From Candidatus Firestoneibacteriota bacterium (GTDB lineage: Bacteria > Oederibacteriota > D2-FULL-39-29): 64,000 bases of DNA. How positions within the stretch are numbered: the stretch's first letter is position 1; each line of letters opens with the position of its first letter. The notes under the pieces were generated by a model. That model searched no databases and was not told the DNA's origin. It saw only the letters and a list, made by a program, of their open reading frames with translations. Where the stretch lies: NCBI GenBank assembly GCA_026388015.1, contig JAPLKO010000059.1, forward strand, positions 566-64,565. Direction: 5' to 3'. Below are positions 9,791-19,714 of this stretch, piece by piece. Position numbers and translations under genes: made by a program.

Positions 9791-10785
9791 GCGGCCCAAA
9801 AAAAACTATTTTAAGCGGGATGAGACCGACAGGCAAGCTTCATATCGGGCATCTGCTGGGGGTGCTTAATAATTGGGTTGCTTTACAGGATGATTATAAT
9901 TGTTTTTTTGAGGTAGCGGACTGGCATGCCCTCACGAGTGAGTTTGCAAATACTAAAGCAATGACTGGAAACATCAAAGAGATGGTAACAGACTGGCTCG
10001 CGGCAGGACTTGATCCGGAAAAATCTGTTATGTTTGTACAATCCCGGGTTCTTGAGCATGCAGAGCTGCATCTAATGCTTTCTATGATTACTCCGCTTCC
10101 ATGGCTGGAGCGCTGTCCTACCTACAAAGAGCAGATAAATGAAATTAAAGACAAAGATCTCTCAAATTACGGTTTCCTGGGCTATCCTGTTTTACAGGCG
10201 GCTGATATTTTAATGTACAGAGCAACTGTTGTTCCCATAGGGCAGGATCAGCTTCCGCATCTCGAGCTGACCCGCGAGATCTGCCGCAGATTTAATAATA
10301 TCTACGGGGAAGTCTTTCCGGAACCCGTGCATTTGTTTACAAAGGTGCCCAAACTTCTCGGCATAGACGGTAGAAAGATGAGCAAATCCTATAATAACTC
10401 TATTTATATTTCCGATTCAAAAGAAGAATATACAAAAAAAATTAAGGCGGCCTTTACGGATCCGAAGAAAATGCGGAAGAACGATCCCGGACACCCCGTA
10501 GGTTGTCCGATTTTTATGCTGCAGAATATTTATAGTTTGGAAAAGACCGGAGAGATTAAAAAGGACTGTGAGTCCGGCGTGCTGGGCTGTGTGGATTGTA
10601 AAAAAATATTGCTTGAGAATTTTGAAAAAGGAATTGCTCCTATACGAGAAAAACGCGAAAAAATAAATGCAAGAAAAGATTATGCCGAGGAAGTGCTCAG
10701 AGAAGGCACAAAAAAAGCGGAAATAGCCGCAAAAAAAAACATGGCTGAAGTCAGAGAAACCGTATTTGGGAAAGCCTATGTTTAA
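9787..10785 (+). CDS. trpS: Tryptophan--tRNA ligase
   Basis: HIGH motif (GKLHIGHLLG), KMSKS motif and PIGQDQLPHLELTREI. Length of 332 aa fits TrpS. Confidence 0.85.
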   Translation: MSGPKKTILSGMRPTGKLHIGHLLGVLNNWVALQDDYNCFFEVADWHALTSEFANTKAMTGNIKEMVTDWLAAGLDPEKSVMFVQSRVLEHAELHLMLSMITPLPWLERCPTYKEQINEIKDKDLSNYGFLGYPVLQAADILMYRATVVPIGQDQLPHLELTREICRRFNNIYGEVFPEPVHLFTKVPKLLGIDGRKMSKSYNNSIYISDSKEEYTKKIKAAFTDPKKMRKNDPGHPVGCPIFMLQNIYSLEKTGEIKKDCESGVLGCVDCKKILLENFEKGIAPIREKREKINARKDYAEEVLREGTKKAEIAAKKNMAEVRETVFGKAYV

Positions 10786-11494
10786 CATAGTTTCTAAGAC
10801 TTTTGAAGGGCCTTTTGAAGTTCTCCTGATGCTTGTAAAGGATGAAGAAATCGATGTTAACCGTATTTCGGTGCTGGATATTATAAAGAGTTTTTCGACT
10901 AAAAATATCAACGAAGGAAGTGATTTTATTGCGGGTGCTGCCAATCTTATCTATATGAAATCAGAAGGTCTTCTCCCGAAGGAAGAAGAGGTGTTGACGG
11001 AAGAGGATATAGATTTGCAAAAACTTTTGGAACAATACCGCCGTTTTAAGGCCATTGCAGGCACTTTGGAAAAACGCGAGGAAAAACAAAGGGACGTATT
11101 TTATAAGGATGTTGATTACTCCGGGGAGTTTGCTGAAGAACAGGTGGTTGAGGTAACACTCTATGATCTGATGTCCTGCTTTAAAAGTGTGCTGGCCTAC
11201 CTTCCAAAAGACGAGATTATGTCAATTGCCAGGGAAGGTATTACGGTGGTGCAAAAGACGAATGAACTTCTTGAAGAGCTCGAAAATTCAGAACGGATAA
11301 TATTTGTAGATTTCTTGAAAAAGCAACCTACCAAAGAACATATGATCGCCGCTTTTCTTGCAATGCTTGAACTTATACGGCTTGGACTTATTTTTTGCAA
11401 GCAGAATGTCATTACGCAGGAGATATTTGTTATGAAAAAAAAGCAGATCCGTTTTAATGCGGAGGAGCTGCGAGACGGGGAAGTCGCCGGTTGA
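10778..11494 (+). CDS. scpA: Segregation and condensation protein A (kleisin)
   Basis: N-terminal FEGPFEVLLMLVKDEEIDVNRISVLDI is the ScpA signature. The ATG at 10778 overlaps the trpS stop by 8 nt. Confidence 0.8.
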   Translation: MFNIVSKTFEGPFEVLLMLVKDEEIDVNRISVLDIIKSFSTKNINEGSDFIAGAANLIYMKSEGLLPKEEEVLTEEDIDLQKLLEQYRRFKAIAGTLEKREEKQRDVFYKDVDYSGEFAEEQVVEVTLYDLMSCFKSVLAYLPKDEIMSIAREGITVVQKTNELLEELENSERIIFVDFLKKQPTKEHMIAAFLAMLELIRLGLIFCKQNVITQEIFVMKKKQIRFNAEELRDGEVAG

Positions 11495-11543
11495 ACAGAT
11501 ATTAATAACAGATTAAAAGTCAGTCTTAAAGGCGGAATGCTGG

Positions 11544-12089
11544 ATGGAAAATAACTTCGCAAAATCAATTATCGAAGCCTTGTTGTTTGTTGCCGACGAA
11601 CCCCTGTCGCCAAAATCTATCCGAGCAGTATTGGAAGAACTCAAGGAAGAAGAAATAAGAAAACATATCTCGGATTTGGCGCTGGAATATGAAACTACCG
11701 GAAGGGCTTATGCTGTTACGGAGATTGCCGAAGGTTTTCAGATAGTTACGCGTCCGCAGTTTGCGCAATGGATAAAAAAAATGTACAAAAGCAAGCTTAC
11801 ACACCGCCTCTCAAAACCGGCGCTTGAAACACTCGCCATTATTGCTTACCGACAGCCGGTCACGAAAATTGAGATTGAGTCCATAAGGGGTGTGAGCGCA
11901 GAAGGAGTTATAGATACGCTACTTGAAAGAGATCTCATAGCCATTAAAGGCCGAAAGGATGTGGTCGGGAGACCGCTTTTATACGGAACTACCAGAGAGT
12001 ATTTGCGGTACTTCGGATTAAAGGATCTGACGGAGATGCCGAAAATAGAAGAGCTTATCGGGAAAACAGGAGAAGATCAAAATGTCTGA
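11544..12089 (+). CDS. scpB: Segregation and condensation protein B
   Basis: Tandem winged-helix motifs (AIIAYRQPVTKIEIESIRGVSAEGVIDTLLERDLIA), 181 aa. Confidence 0.8.
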   Translation: MENNFAKSIIEALLFVADEPLSPKSIRAVLEELKEEEIRKHISDLALEYETTGRAYAVTEIAEGFQIVTRPQFAQWIKKMYKSKLTHRLSKPALETLAIIAYRQPVTKIEIESIRGVSAEGVIDTLLERDLIAIKGRKDVVGRPLLYGTTREYLRYFGLKDLTEMPKIEELIGKTGEDQNV

Positions 12090-12882
12090 AGAAAACTCCG
12101 AGAGAAGAAAGAATAAGAGGGCAAAACTGCAGTTTGATGTTTATGTTAACATGCAGGAATCGGGTAAAGTACTCAAGGGAAGAAGCATTAACCTAAGTTC
12201 CGGCGGTATTGCGGTGCTTATGAACGAGTTCATCCCTCTCGGGAAAAACTTGTCTCTCTCGTTTAAAGTTAAGGGTGAACTGGTTTTCGAAAATGTAGAG
12301 GCAAAGATAATAGGTAGTATTGACATAGAAGACAGTTTTATTTATAGTCTTGAGTTTATTGATTTACCCGGCGACGGAGCTGTAAAAATTAGCGAAATTC
12401 TTGAAATAATATATTTTATTACGAAATTGAAATTGTTCTCCGGTATTTCAGATGCAGAAGCACTGTGCCTAAGGGAATCCGGGGAGGTCGTTGAGTATCA
12501 AGAAGAAAAGGTTATCTTTAACGAAGGTGAAGAAGGCTATGCTTTTTACGCAGTCATCAGCGGGAAGGTGAAAATAAGCAAGAAATCAAATATTGAGAAT
12601 TTGAGTGAAGAAGTTCTAGCCTTGATTCGCGAAGGTGAATTTTTCGGAGAAATGGCGCTGTTTGACGAGGGCGTGCGCACCGCAAAAGCCGAGGCCCATA
12701 CAAAATGTGTGCTTTTTACCATAACAGCCGAGAAATTTAATGCGCTTATAAAAGTTAACCATCAGCTTGCTATTAAAGTGCTTCTTGGGTTTATCCGGAC
12801 GCTTTCTAAACGGTTAAAAACCATGAACCAGGAGATTGTTGACTTGTTGTTCAGTGAAGCTGCAATAAATGAAATAAAATAA
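12082..12882 (+). CDS. PilZ-domain (c-di-GMP-binding type) fused to a cyclic-nucleotide-binding (CAP effector) domain
   Basis: N-terminal RRKNKR…INLSSGGIAV matches the PilZ RxxxR and D/NxSxGG motifs. The C-terminal half carries the cNMP-binding signatures FFGEMALF…RTAKAEA. The ATG overlaps the scpB stop by 8 nt. Confidence 0.7.
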   Translation: MSEENSERRKNKRAKLQFDVYVNMQESGKVLKGRSINLSSGGIAVLMNEFIPLGKNLSLSFKVKGELVFENVEAKIIGSIDIEDSFIYSLEFIDLPGDGAVKISEILEIIYFITKLKLFSGISDAEALCLRESGEVVEYQEEKVIFNEGEEGYAFYAVISGKVKISKKSNIENLSEEVLALIREGEFFGEMALFDEGVRTAKAEAHTKCVLFTITAEKFNALIKVNHQLAIKVLLGFIRTLSKRLKTMNQEIVDLLFSEAAINEIK

Positions 12883-12933
12883 TGCAATATCCGGAAGACA
12901 TAGGAAAAGATAATAAATAATTTGCGGGGGAAA

Positions 12934-13998
12934 ATGAATATAAGTAGATTGCGAAATAAAATTGACATAACCGATAAAAAGCTGCTCGGACTCCTGAACC
13001 AGAGAGCAGAGCTGGCCTTGCAGGTTAAAAAACACAAGCTGGGGGGGGGGCGTGAGGTTTATATTCCTTCTCGCGAAGCTGATGTATTTGAGAAAATACT
13101 CAGACAAAACAAAGGACCGTTCCCAAATAACTCGGTAAAGGCTGTTTTTAAAGAGATTGTTTCCGCTTCAAGAGCTCTGCAGGCACCGCTCAAGATTGCT
13201 TATTGGGGACCTGCAGCCACTTTTACGCATCTTGCGGCGCTTCGTCACTTCGGCTCTTCCGTAGAGCTTGTTGCCATAGCAAATCTAGCTGATATTTTTG
13301 CCGAAGTAGCAAATGGCAGAGCGGATTACGGAGTAATTCCTATTGAAAATTCCACCGAGGGTGTGGTTAATCATACCCTGGATATGTTTGTGGATTCAGA
13401 TCTGAAAATTTGCGCAGAGACGCTTCTTAAAATCTCTTACAACCTGCTAAGCAAATCCGGAAAGCTTTCTCAAATTAAGAAAATTTATGCTTTTAGCCAG
13501 CCCCTGGCCCAGTGTCGCAACTGGGTGAAAACAAACCTGCCCGGGGCTGAAATACTGGAAGCGAAGAATACAGCGGAGTCAGCGCGCCTGTCTGCAAAAG
13601 AAAACAATAGCGCCGCCATCGCTAATGCCTTGGCTGGAGAGGTTTACGGACTAAATTCTTTAGCCGAGCATATCGAGGATATTCCCGATAATTTTACAAG
13701 GTTCCTGATAATTGGGGATAAGTATGCCGCAAAGACAGGCCGGGACAAGACCTCCGTGCTGGTGGGATTAAAAGACAAGGTCGGCGCTCTTTATTCCATG
13801 CTGCTTCCTTTTAAAAAACACCGGATCAATCTTTCAAGTATTGAATCGCGGCCTTCTAAAAAAAAGGCATGGCAATATTATTTTTTTATTGATATGACGG
13901 GTCATGTGGAGGATGCAGAAGTAAAAGCTGCATTGGGGGACTTAAGAAAGTCGGGTCATACCGTAAAGGTTCTGGGATCTTATCCTGGAGCATATTAG
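12934..13998 (+). CDS. pheA: Bifunctional chorismate mutase / prephenate dehydratase
   Basis: N-terminal CM domain (LRNKIDITDKKLLGLLNQRAELALQVKK…IPSREA), a PDT domain (IAYWGPAATFTHLAA…) and a C-terminal ACT domain. A G11 homopolymer lies inside the gene. Confidence 0.85.
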   Translation: MNISRLRNKIDITDKKLLGLLNQRAELALQVKKHKLGGGREVYIPSREADVFEKILRQNKGPFPNNSVKAVFKEIVSASRALQAPLKIAYWGPAATFTHLAALRHFGSSVELVAIANLADIFAEVANGRADYGVIPIENSTEGVVNHTLDMFVDSDLKICAETLLKISYNLLSKSGKLSQIKKIYAFSQPLAQCRNWVKTNLPGAEILEAKNTAESARLSAKENNSAAIANALAGEVYGLNSLAEHIEDIPDNFTRFLIIGDKYAAKTGRDKTSVLVGLKDKVGALYSMLLPFKKHRINLSSIESRPSKKKAWQYYFFIDMTGHVEDAEVKAALGDLRKSGHTVKVLGSYPGAY

Positions 13999-14054
13999 AG
14001 CAAGTACGAAGTGCAAAGAGCGGAAGTTAATATATTGTCAAACGGGGAGTTGCT

Positions 14055-14501
14055 ATGAAAAACATACTTGTAATACACGGGCCCAACCTGAATCTTCTCG
14101 GAAAACGCGAGCCTGGAATTTATGGCAGTTTTACGCTCGACGCAATAAATAAAGAGCTGAAAGCTCTGGCTAAGAAAAACAAAACGGGTATAAAAATATT
14201 CCAGACCAATACCGAAGGCGAAATAGTGAATATTATCCAAAATGAAGGCGAGGCCTGGGCGGATGCTTTGGTTATTAATCCTGCCGCCTATACGCATACC
14301 AGCGTTGCGATAAGCGACGCAATTTCCGCGGTAAAGCTACCTGTAGTAGAAGTACACCTGTCTAATATATTTAAACGTGAAGAATTCAGGCATAAATCCT
14401 TCGTCTCTCCTGTTTCGATAGGAGGTGTTTATGGTTTTGGGAAAGAGAGCTATATCCTTGGTTTTCTTGCTGCTTTAAATATCACCAAAGCCAAAAGGTA
14501 A
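14055..14501 (+). CDS. aroQ: Type II 3-dehydroquinate dehydratase
   Basis: MKNILVIHGPNLNLLGKREPGIYG is the AroQ signature. Length 148 aa. Confidence 0.9.
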   Translation: MKNILVIHGPNLNLLGKREPGIYGSFTLDAINKELKALAKKNKTGIKIFQTNTEGEIVNIIQNEGEAWADALVINPAAYTHTSVAISDAISAVKLPVVEVHLSNIFKREEFRHKSFVSPVSIGGVYGFGKESYILGFLAALNITKAKR

Positions 14502-14508
14502 TATTAAC

Positions 14509-17500
14509 GTGGAAAAGTTTATACGTTGGGCAATTTTCAGTTTGTTTTTTTTCGTCCCCGTTACTTCTTTAGACTGGTTCCCGCTTTTAAATATGGTTTA
14601 TCCCGCTCTTGTGGTGCTGTTATTCGGTTTTTTTTCGTTGTACAGGATTACCTCTGCAACCGAGACCTATCCTTTAGCAAAAACAACCCTGCCATTGGTA
14701 TTGTTAATAGCCGTATATTTGATAACCGCCTTATTTTCAAAAGAGACAGGATTTAATCTGCTTTCGATAAAGCTTGTCTATTCCCTGCTGCTCTGTTTTA
14801 TTACGGCAAAAGTATTTTCTTCTCCTCTCGACAGGAAAAAAGCCGTCTTTGCCTTGCTTCTGGGGGCGGGCCTTGTCTCTATCTATGCTCTCTATCAAAA
14901 GCTTATAGGATTCGGAGACATGTGGGTTTATCTCGAAAATCACAAGTCTTTGGTGCAAGACCCCAGAGTTTACGAAGAATTCATAAAAAACATCGGTTCA
15001 GGAAGAGTCTTTTCCACTTTTTTAAATGCCAATGCTTTTGCCGGATATATTGCAATGGTCCTGCCTGTTGCCGCCGGTTATTTTCTTTATTCCCTAAAAA
15101 AAGGAGGCAAGAGGTTTTTTGCCGGCACGGCTGTTTTTCTTCTGGTCCTTGCTCTAGCTCTGACGCGTTCCGCCGGGGGCGTGACCGCAGTTCTTTTTTC
15201 TCTTCTGGTCCTTCTTGGGTTGACAGTTAAAGAAAAGAAAAAACTTTTGCTGGCGTCTGCCATTTTGGTTTTTGCAAGCGTTATAGCTGTACTGCTTCTT
15301 AGACCGGATATCTTTGACTTTCTAAAAGCAGATAATTCTATATTAAACAGAATAAACTATCTGCACACAGCGGTTAAAATATTCTTAAAGTATCCTCTGC
15401 TAGGGGGAGGAATAGACTCCTTCGGAATACTGGCGGAGGGCGGAGTCAAATACCCGCATAACTGGTATCTGCAGACTCTTGCCGAGTCGGGTCTTTCCGG
15501 CTTTGCGGCGCTGGCATTCCTTATCTATGTGTTTGTGAAGGAAAGCATCAAAACCCTGCCGGGAATTAAAGGAGCGGAAAAATATCTTTTTGCGGGCTGC
15601 TTTGCGGGTTTTACGGGATTTTTATTTCATAATCTTTTTGATATAGACAGCAATCTCCTGCAAAATTCCTTAATTGCTTTTATGCTTGCCGGTATTACAG
15701 CTTCAGGTTTTAGACCGGAGAAATTTAATAAAGCGGTAAATTTTTCGAAAGGGGCGGCCGAATATGTTCGCCGGCATTATTTTATTGCAACAGCTCTGCT
15801 TTTAGCGGCAGGGGTTTTGCTGTTTTCTGCGCAGCGCTTTGAATATGAAGCGTTTACAGTTGTTATTACGCTAAGCGCCCTGTTATTCTTACGAGTAATC
15901 TCGGAGAGAAATAAATTTCAAAAGACCGGGCTGGATTATTTTATTGCAATGCTTGTTCTTGTGTGTTTTGCCTCTCTTGCTTTTTCTGTTCACAGATTTG
16001 CCACTCTGCAAAGCCTTTATCTGCTGGTGGGCTGTGTTATGCTCTTTTATACCGCGGCAAACCGTATTGAAACGGCGGACGGGGCCGGCAGATTTTCTTT
16101 TTTTGCGGGAATAAGCTGTATTTTTCTTTCTCTAATAGGAATATTTCAGTATTTACAGTATGGAACATCAGGTGTTACGGGATTCTTTCCCAATCAGAAT
16201 CTTTTCGGAGGTTTTCTTGCAGCCGGTATCGGGTTTATATTTTTTTTAGTATTAGGAAAAAAAGGACCTTTGAAGAAACTTTATGTTTTAAGTTTACTCC
16301 TTTCTTTTACCTCTCTATTACTTACAAAATCGAGAGGCGCCTTTTTAGCTTTGCTGGCGGCAATAATATGCATTTTGTTTACCTTGGAGTTATTTAAAAA
16401 AAAGAAAATCCTTTCTGAAAAAAACAGGTTCTGGACAACTGTCGGCGTTTTAATACTAATCGGTATCCTTGTAACCCCTGTAAATCCCGTTGTCCGGCGT
16501 GCTGTCAGTATAGGGATAAATGATGACGCCGCCTATTCCAGAGGGAAAATGGCCGTAAGCGCGCTTAAAATATTTAGAGACCGGCCGCTGTTTGGACACG
16601 GACTCGGTACTTTTAAAGATGTCGCACAAAAGCACAGTTTTTCTGAAGGCGGAACAATTGGAAACTATACAAGAGAGGCGCACCAGGCGCATAATGAATA
16701 TCTTCAAATATTAACAGAGCTTGGTTTTTCCGGAGCTGTGTTTGTCTGTTTTTTTCTTTTTATTATTGCCGGAAGGTATTTAAGAATAATAAACAGAACT
16801 GCTGATAAGAATAAGATATTGACAGCTTCCGGGGTTATTACCGCAATAACCGCCTTATTGGTTCATGCGGCTGTAGATTTTAATTTGCGATGCTTGCCGA
16901 CCCTTTTATTGTTTGTAATACTTACCGGGATGTTGTTTTCAAAATATTTTTCCGGCAAGGAAACTATAATTATCAAAAATCCGGCCTACTCCAGGCTTAA
17001 GCTGTATGTCACGCTGCTGCTGTTTTCAATTCTGCTGACTGCAGGGATGACATACACTTCAGTATATCTATATAAACAAAGTCCCGTTACTCCGGAAGTT
17101 CGCGAAAAGAAGCTGCTGCTTTCTATCTTTGCTAACCCCTGGTTTGCGGACAGTTACGATGGGTTAGGCAAAATATACGGAGAGCTCTATAATAGAACGA
17201 AGAACCGCAAATATTTTCTGGAAGCCGAAATAAATTTTAAGGAAGCGATTAAAAAAAACTCTACCAATGCTTTTTATCATAAACACCTTGCAGGGCTTTA
17301 TTTTGTCTCGGGGTATAAGGCCGAGGCAATATGGGAATATAAAAAAGCAATACAAAAAAGGCCCAATGATGTCTTTTTAAAGGCTGAGCTTGCGGGCCTT
17401 TATTACTTTACCGGTAATTATGATAATGCGGAGAAGCTTGCAAGGAGAGCAGTACAGCTGGAACCAAATTTTGCGGGCGCTCACGGCATGCTTTGCGATA

Positions 17501-17634
17501 TTTATGAAAAAAAGAAGAATAAGAAAGCGGCTGAATATGAAAGACAGAAGGCTTTGCAGATTTATGAAAAATATAAAAATACAGCGATTATCGATTATGA
17601 AAAGATGCTTATCAGTTTGGGCGGAGAAAAATGA
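14509..17634 (+). CDS. Giant polytopic membrane protein with two tandem O-antigen-ligase (Wzy_C/WaaL-like) domains plus C-terminal TPR repeats
   Basis: Two separate Wzy_C signature regions (…HNWYLQTLAESGLSGF… and …QAHNEYLQILTELGFSGAV…), each preceded by many TM helices. The C-terminal ~200 aa has TPR-like repeats. A GTG start is predicted. Confidence 0.6.
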   Translation: MEKFIRWAIFSLFFFVPVTSLDWFPLLNMVYPALVVLLFGFFSLYRITSATETYPLAKTTLPLVLLIAVYLITALFSKETGFNLLSIKLVYSLLLCFITAKVFSSPLDRKKAVFALLLGAGLVSIYALYQKLIGFGDMWVYLENHKSLVQDPRVYEEFIKNIGSGRVFSTFLNANAFAGYIAMVLPVAAGYFLYSLKKGGKRFFAGTAVFLLVLALALTRSAGGVTAVLFSLLVLLGLTVKEKKKLLLASAILVFASVIAVLLLRPDIFDFLKADNSILNRINYLHTAVKIFLKYPLLGGGIDSFGILAEGGVKYPHNWYLQTLAESGLSGFAALAFLIYVFVKESIKTLPGIKGAEKYLFAGCFAGFTGFLFHNLFDIDSNLLQNSLIAFMLAGITASGFRPEKFNKAVNFSKGAAEYVRRHYFIATALLLAAGVLLFSAQRFEYEAFTVVITLSALLFLRVISERNKFQKTGLDYFIAMLVLVCFASLAFSVHRFATLQSLYLLVGCVMLFYTAANRIETADGAGRFSFFAGISCIFLSLIGIFQYLQYGTSGVTGFFPNQNLFGGFLAAGIGFIFFLVLGKKGPLKKLYVLSLLLSFTSLLLTKSRGAFLALLAAIICILFTLELFKKKKILSEKNRFWTTVGVLILIGILVTPVNPVVRRAVSIGINDDAAYSRGKMAVSALKIFRDRPLFGHGLGTFKDVAQKHSFSEGGTIGNYTREAHQAHNEYLQILTELGFSGAVFVCFFLFIIAGRYLRIINRTADKNKILTASGVITAITALLVHAAVDFNLRCLPTLLLFVILTGMLFSKYFSGKETIIIKNPAYSRLKLYVTLLLFSILLTAGMTYTSVYLYKQSPVTPEVREKKLLLSIFANPWFADSYDGLGKIYGELYNRTKNRKYFLEAEINFKEAIKKNSTNAFYHKHLAGLYFVSGYKAEAIWEYKKAIQKRPNDVFLKAELAGLYYFTGNYDNAEKLARRAVQLEPNFAGAHGMLCDIYEKKKNKKAAEYERQKALQIYEKYKNTAIIDYEKMLISLGGEK

Positions 17635-18590
17635 AAATAGCTGTGGTAATTGTAAATTATAACGGTAAAGAGTTCCTTGAGGGCTGTGTAACTTCCGTTC
17701 TCGAGCAATCTTTGAAACCCTCGGATATTCTAGTGATAGATGCAGCTTCAAAAGATTCTTCAAAAGAGCTGCTGAAAAAAATAAATAAAGACGTGAAAGT
17801 TAAATTCTTAACCAGTAACATAGGCTTTGCCGGCGCTGCAAATATAGGCATAAGAGAAACAGAGGGGGAATATGTTTTACTTTTAAATTCGGACACCTGC
17901 CTTGCCGCTGAATTTATCTTCAAAATCAGAGCAGCTGCGGCTAAACTTGACGCTTCTTATGGAATGCTCTCCGGAAAACTTCTTAGAATGCAGGATAGAA
18001 AAATAGTTGATTCGGCAGGGCAGTTTGTAAGGCGTTCTTTACGTCCTCTGGAGAGAAATTACGGAGAGCCCGATAAGTTGTATCCTGCCGGGCAATGCTT
18101 TTCTGCCTGCGGGGCGGTTATGCTTCTAAAAAGGGAGATGCTGGAAAACGTTAAGTATCGGGATGAATATTTTGACGAAGATTTATTCATGTATTATGAA
18201 GATTTCGACCTGGGTCTCAGGGCAAATGCGCTCGGATGGAAATGTTACTATGAACCGGAAGCCGTTGCGGTTCATTATAGAGGAGGTAGCGGCGTCCGGC
18301 AAAAAAGCAAGAGCTTTCTCTTTAGAAAAAAGAGTCTTGAATTAAAACGGCATTTACTGGCCAACAGGTACTTGGTGCTGACAAAGAGTATACCTGCATT
18401 CTTAGTCTTGAAAAATCTACCCCATCTGCTTGCTTACGAAATAATATTTTGGATTTATCTGCTTATATTTGATATAAGAGTTGTTGCCGGGATGAAAAAA
18501 TATTTTAGGCTCAGGAGAGCAATGAAAGAAAAAGGAAAGTTGATAAGGGCGGCTATTGCGGAAAGGGAGCTTGAGAAATGGTTTATCTGA
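17631..18590 (+). CDS. Family 2 glycosyltransferase
   Basis: MKIAVVIVNYNGKEFLEGCV is a GT2 N-terminus, followed by a DxD region. The start overlaps the stop of the upstream gene. Confidence 0.8.
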   Translation: MKIAVVIVNYNGKEFLEGCVTSVLEQSLKPSDILVIDAASKDSSKELLKKINKDVKVKFLTSNIGFAGAANIGIRETEGEYVLLLNSDTCLAAEFIFKIRAAAAKLDASYGMLSGKLLRMQDRKIVDSAGQFVRRSLRPLERNYGEPDKLYPAGQCFSACGAVMLLKREMLENVKYRDEYFDEDLFMYYEDFDLGLRANALGWKCYYEPEAVAVHYRGGSGVRQKSKSFLFRKKSLELKRHLLANRYLVLTKSIPAFLVLKNLPHLLAYEIIFWIYLLIFDIRVVAGMKKYFRLRRAMKEKGKLIRAAIAERELEKWFI

Positions 18591-19579
18591 AATACGGTTT
18601 AATATTCTTTAGCGCCCTCTTGCTTTCCATAGGGCTGGTTCCTGTTTGCGCATTTTTTTCAAAAAAATTAGGAATTCTTGACCAGCCGGATGATAAATTA
18701 AAAAAGCACGCCCGGGCAGTTCCATATTTTGGCGGTGTCGCAATATATTTGGCCTTTTTTATTACTTTGGTTATTTACCAGTTGTATACTTTTCACACGC
18801 TAAAAGGGATTACCGGTATTATTCTTGCGGGGAGCCTGGCTTTTGCCCTCGGGCTTGCGGATGATATTAAGAAGCTTTCCATACCATTTAAATTTTGTGT
18901 GCAAATCCTGGCGGCGATACTACTGGCAATATTCGGAATAAAAATTCAATTTATGAGCAGTGAAATTCTAAATATTGCGGTTACGATATTATGGGTAGTC
19001 GGGATTACTAATGCTTTCAACCTGCTCGATATAATGGACGGTCTTTCTTCCGGTGTTGCAATTATTGCCTCTTTAACATTCTTTGTACTGGGTCTTGATG
19101 CAGGAAAGTTATTTTCTCCGCTTGCGGCTTTGGCTCTTGCGGGTTCCTGCCTCGGCTTTTTGTATTATAATTATGCGCCGGCAAAAATATTCATGGGGGA
19201 TGCCGGGAGTCTGTTTATAGGAATAATGCTTGCTGCGCTCTCGCTTACAGAAAGCTATACCTACAAGAACAATTTGGCGGTGCTGACTCCGGTATTTATA
19301 CTCGGCATACCAATATTTGATACTTTTTTTGTTATGTGGATGAGAGCAAAACAGGGCAAACCGGTGTATTTTGGAAGCCCGGATCATTTTCCTCTTAGAA
19401 TGAAGCGCTCGGGTATGACCGTAAGACAAGTAGTGACTGCAATATATTTCGCCGCCGCCGCATTTGCTGTCGTTGCATATACAGGCACAAAAATGTCGCT
19501 GCTTAGAGCAGGCATAATGTATACTTTTGTTTGCATGTTTAGTATGCTTGCAGCTTTGAAACTCAGCAGGATGCGCTAA
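18578..19579 (+). CDS. MraY/WecA-family polyprenyl-phosphate N-acetylhexosamine-1-phosphate transferase (GT4 family)
   Basis: Polytopic membrane protein with GLADD and NAFNLLDIMDGL motifs. Confidence 0.75.
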   Translation: MVYLKYGLIFFSALLLSIGLVPVCAFFSKKLGILDQPDDKLKKHARAVPYFGGVAIYLAFFITLVIYQLYTFHTLKGITGIILAGSLAFALGLADDIKKLSIPFKFCVQILAAILLAIFGIKIQFMSSEILNIAVTILWVVGITNAFNLLDIMDGLSSGVAIIASLTFFVLGLDAGKLFSPLAALALAGSCLGFLYYNYAPAKIFMGDAGSLFIGIMLAALSLTESYTYKNNLAVLTPVFILGIPIFDTFFVMWMRAKQGKPVYFGSPDHFPLRMKRSGMTVRQVVTAIYFAAAAFAVVAYTGTKMSLLRAGIMYTFVCMFSMLAALKLSRMR

Positions 19580-19714
19580 TAAAATTACAGGTCATAATCG
19601 CAGTTATTTTATAAAGCGCAGGGACGCAGGCCGTGTACTTGACGTTATAAAGTGCCCGGCTGCTAATAGTTTGACGTCCGGAATAATCAGAAAAATCATT
19701 AGTAAAGGAGGAAT

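Noticed and set aside
14526-15230. Small + strand ORFs (76 and 102 aa) inside the Wzy_C gene
   Set aside because: These are alternative frames of a long, well-supported membrane-protein ORF, Arg/Cys-rich and low complexity. They are not independent genes.
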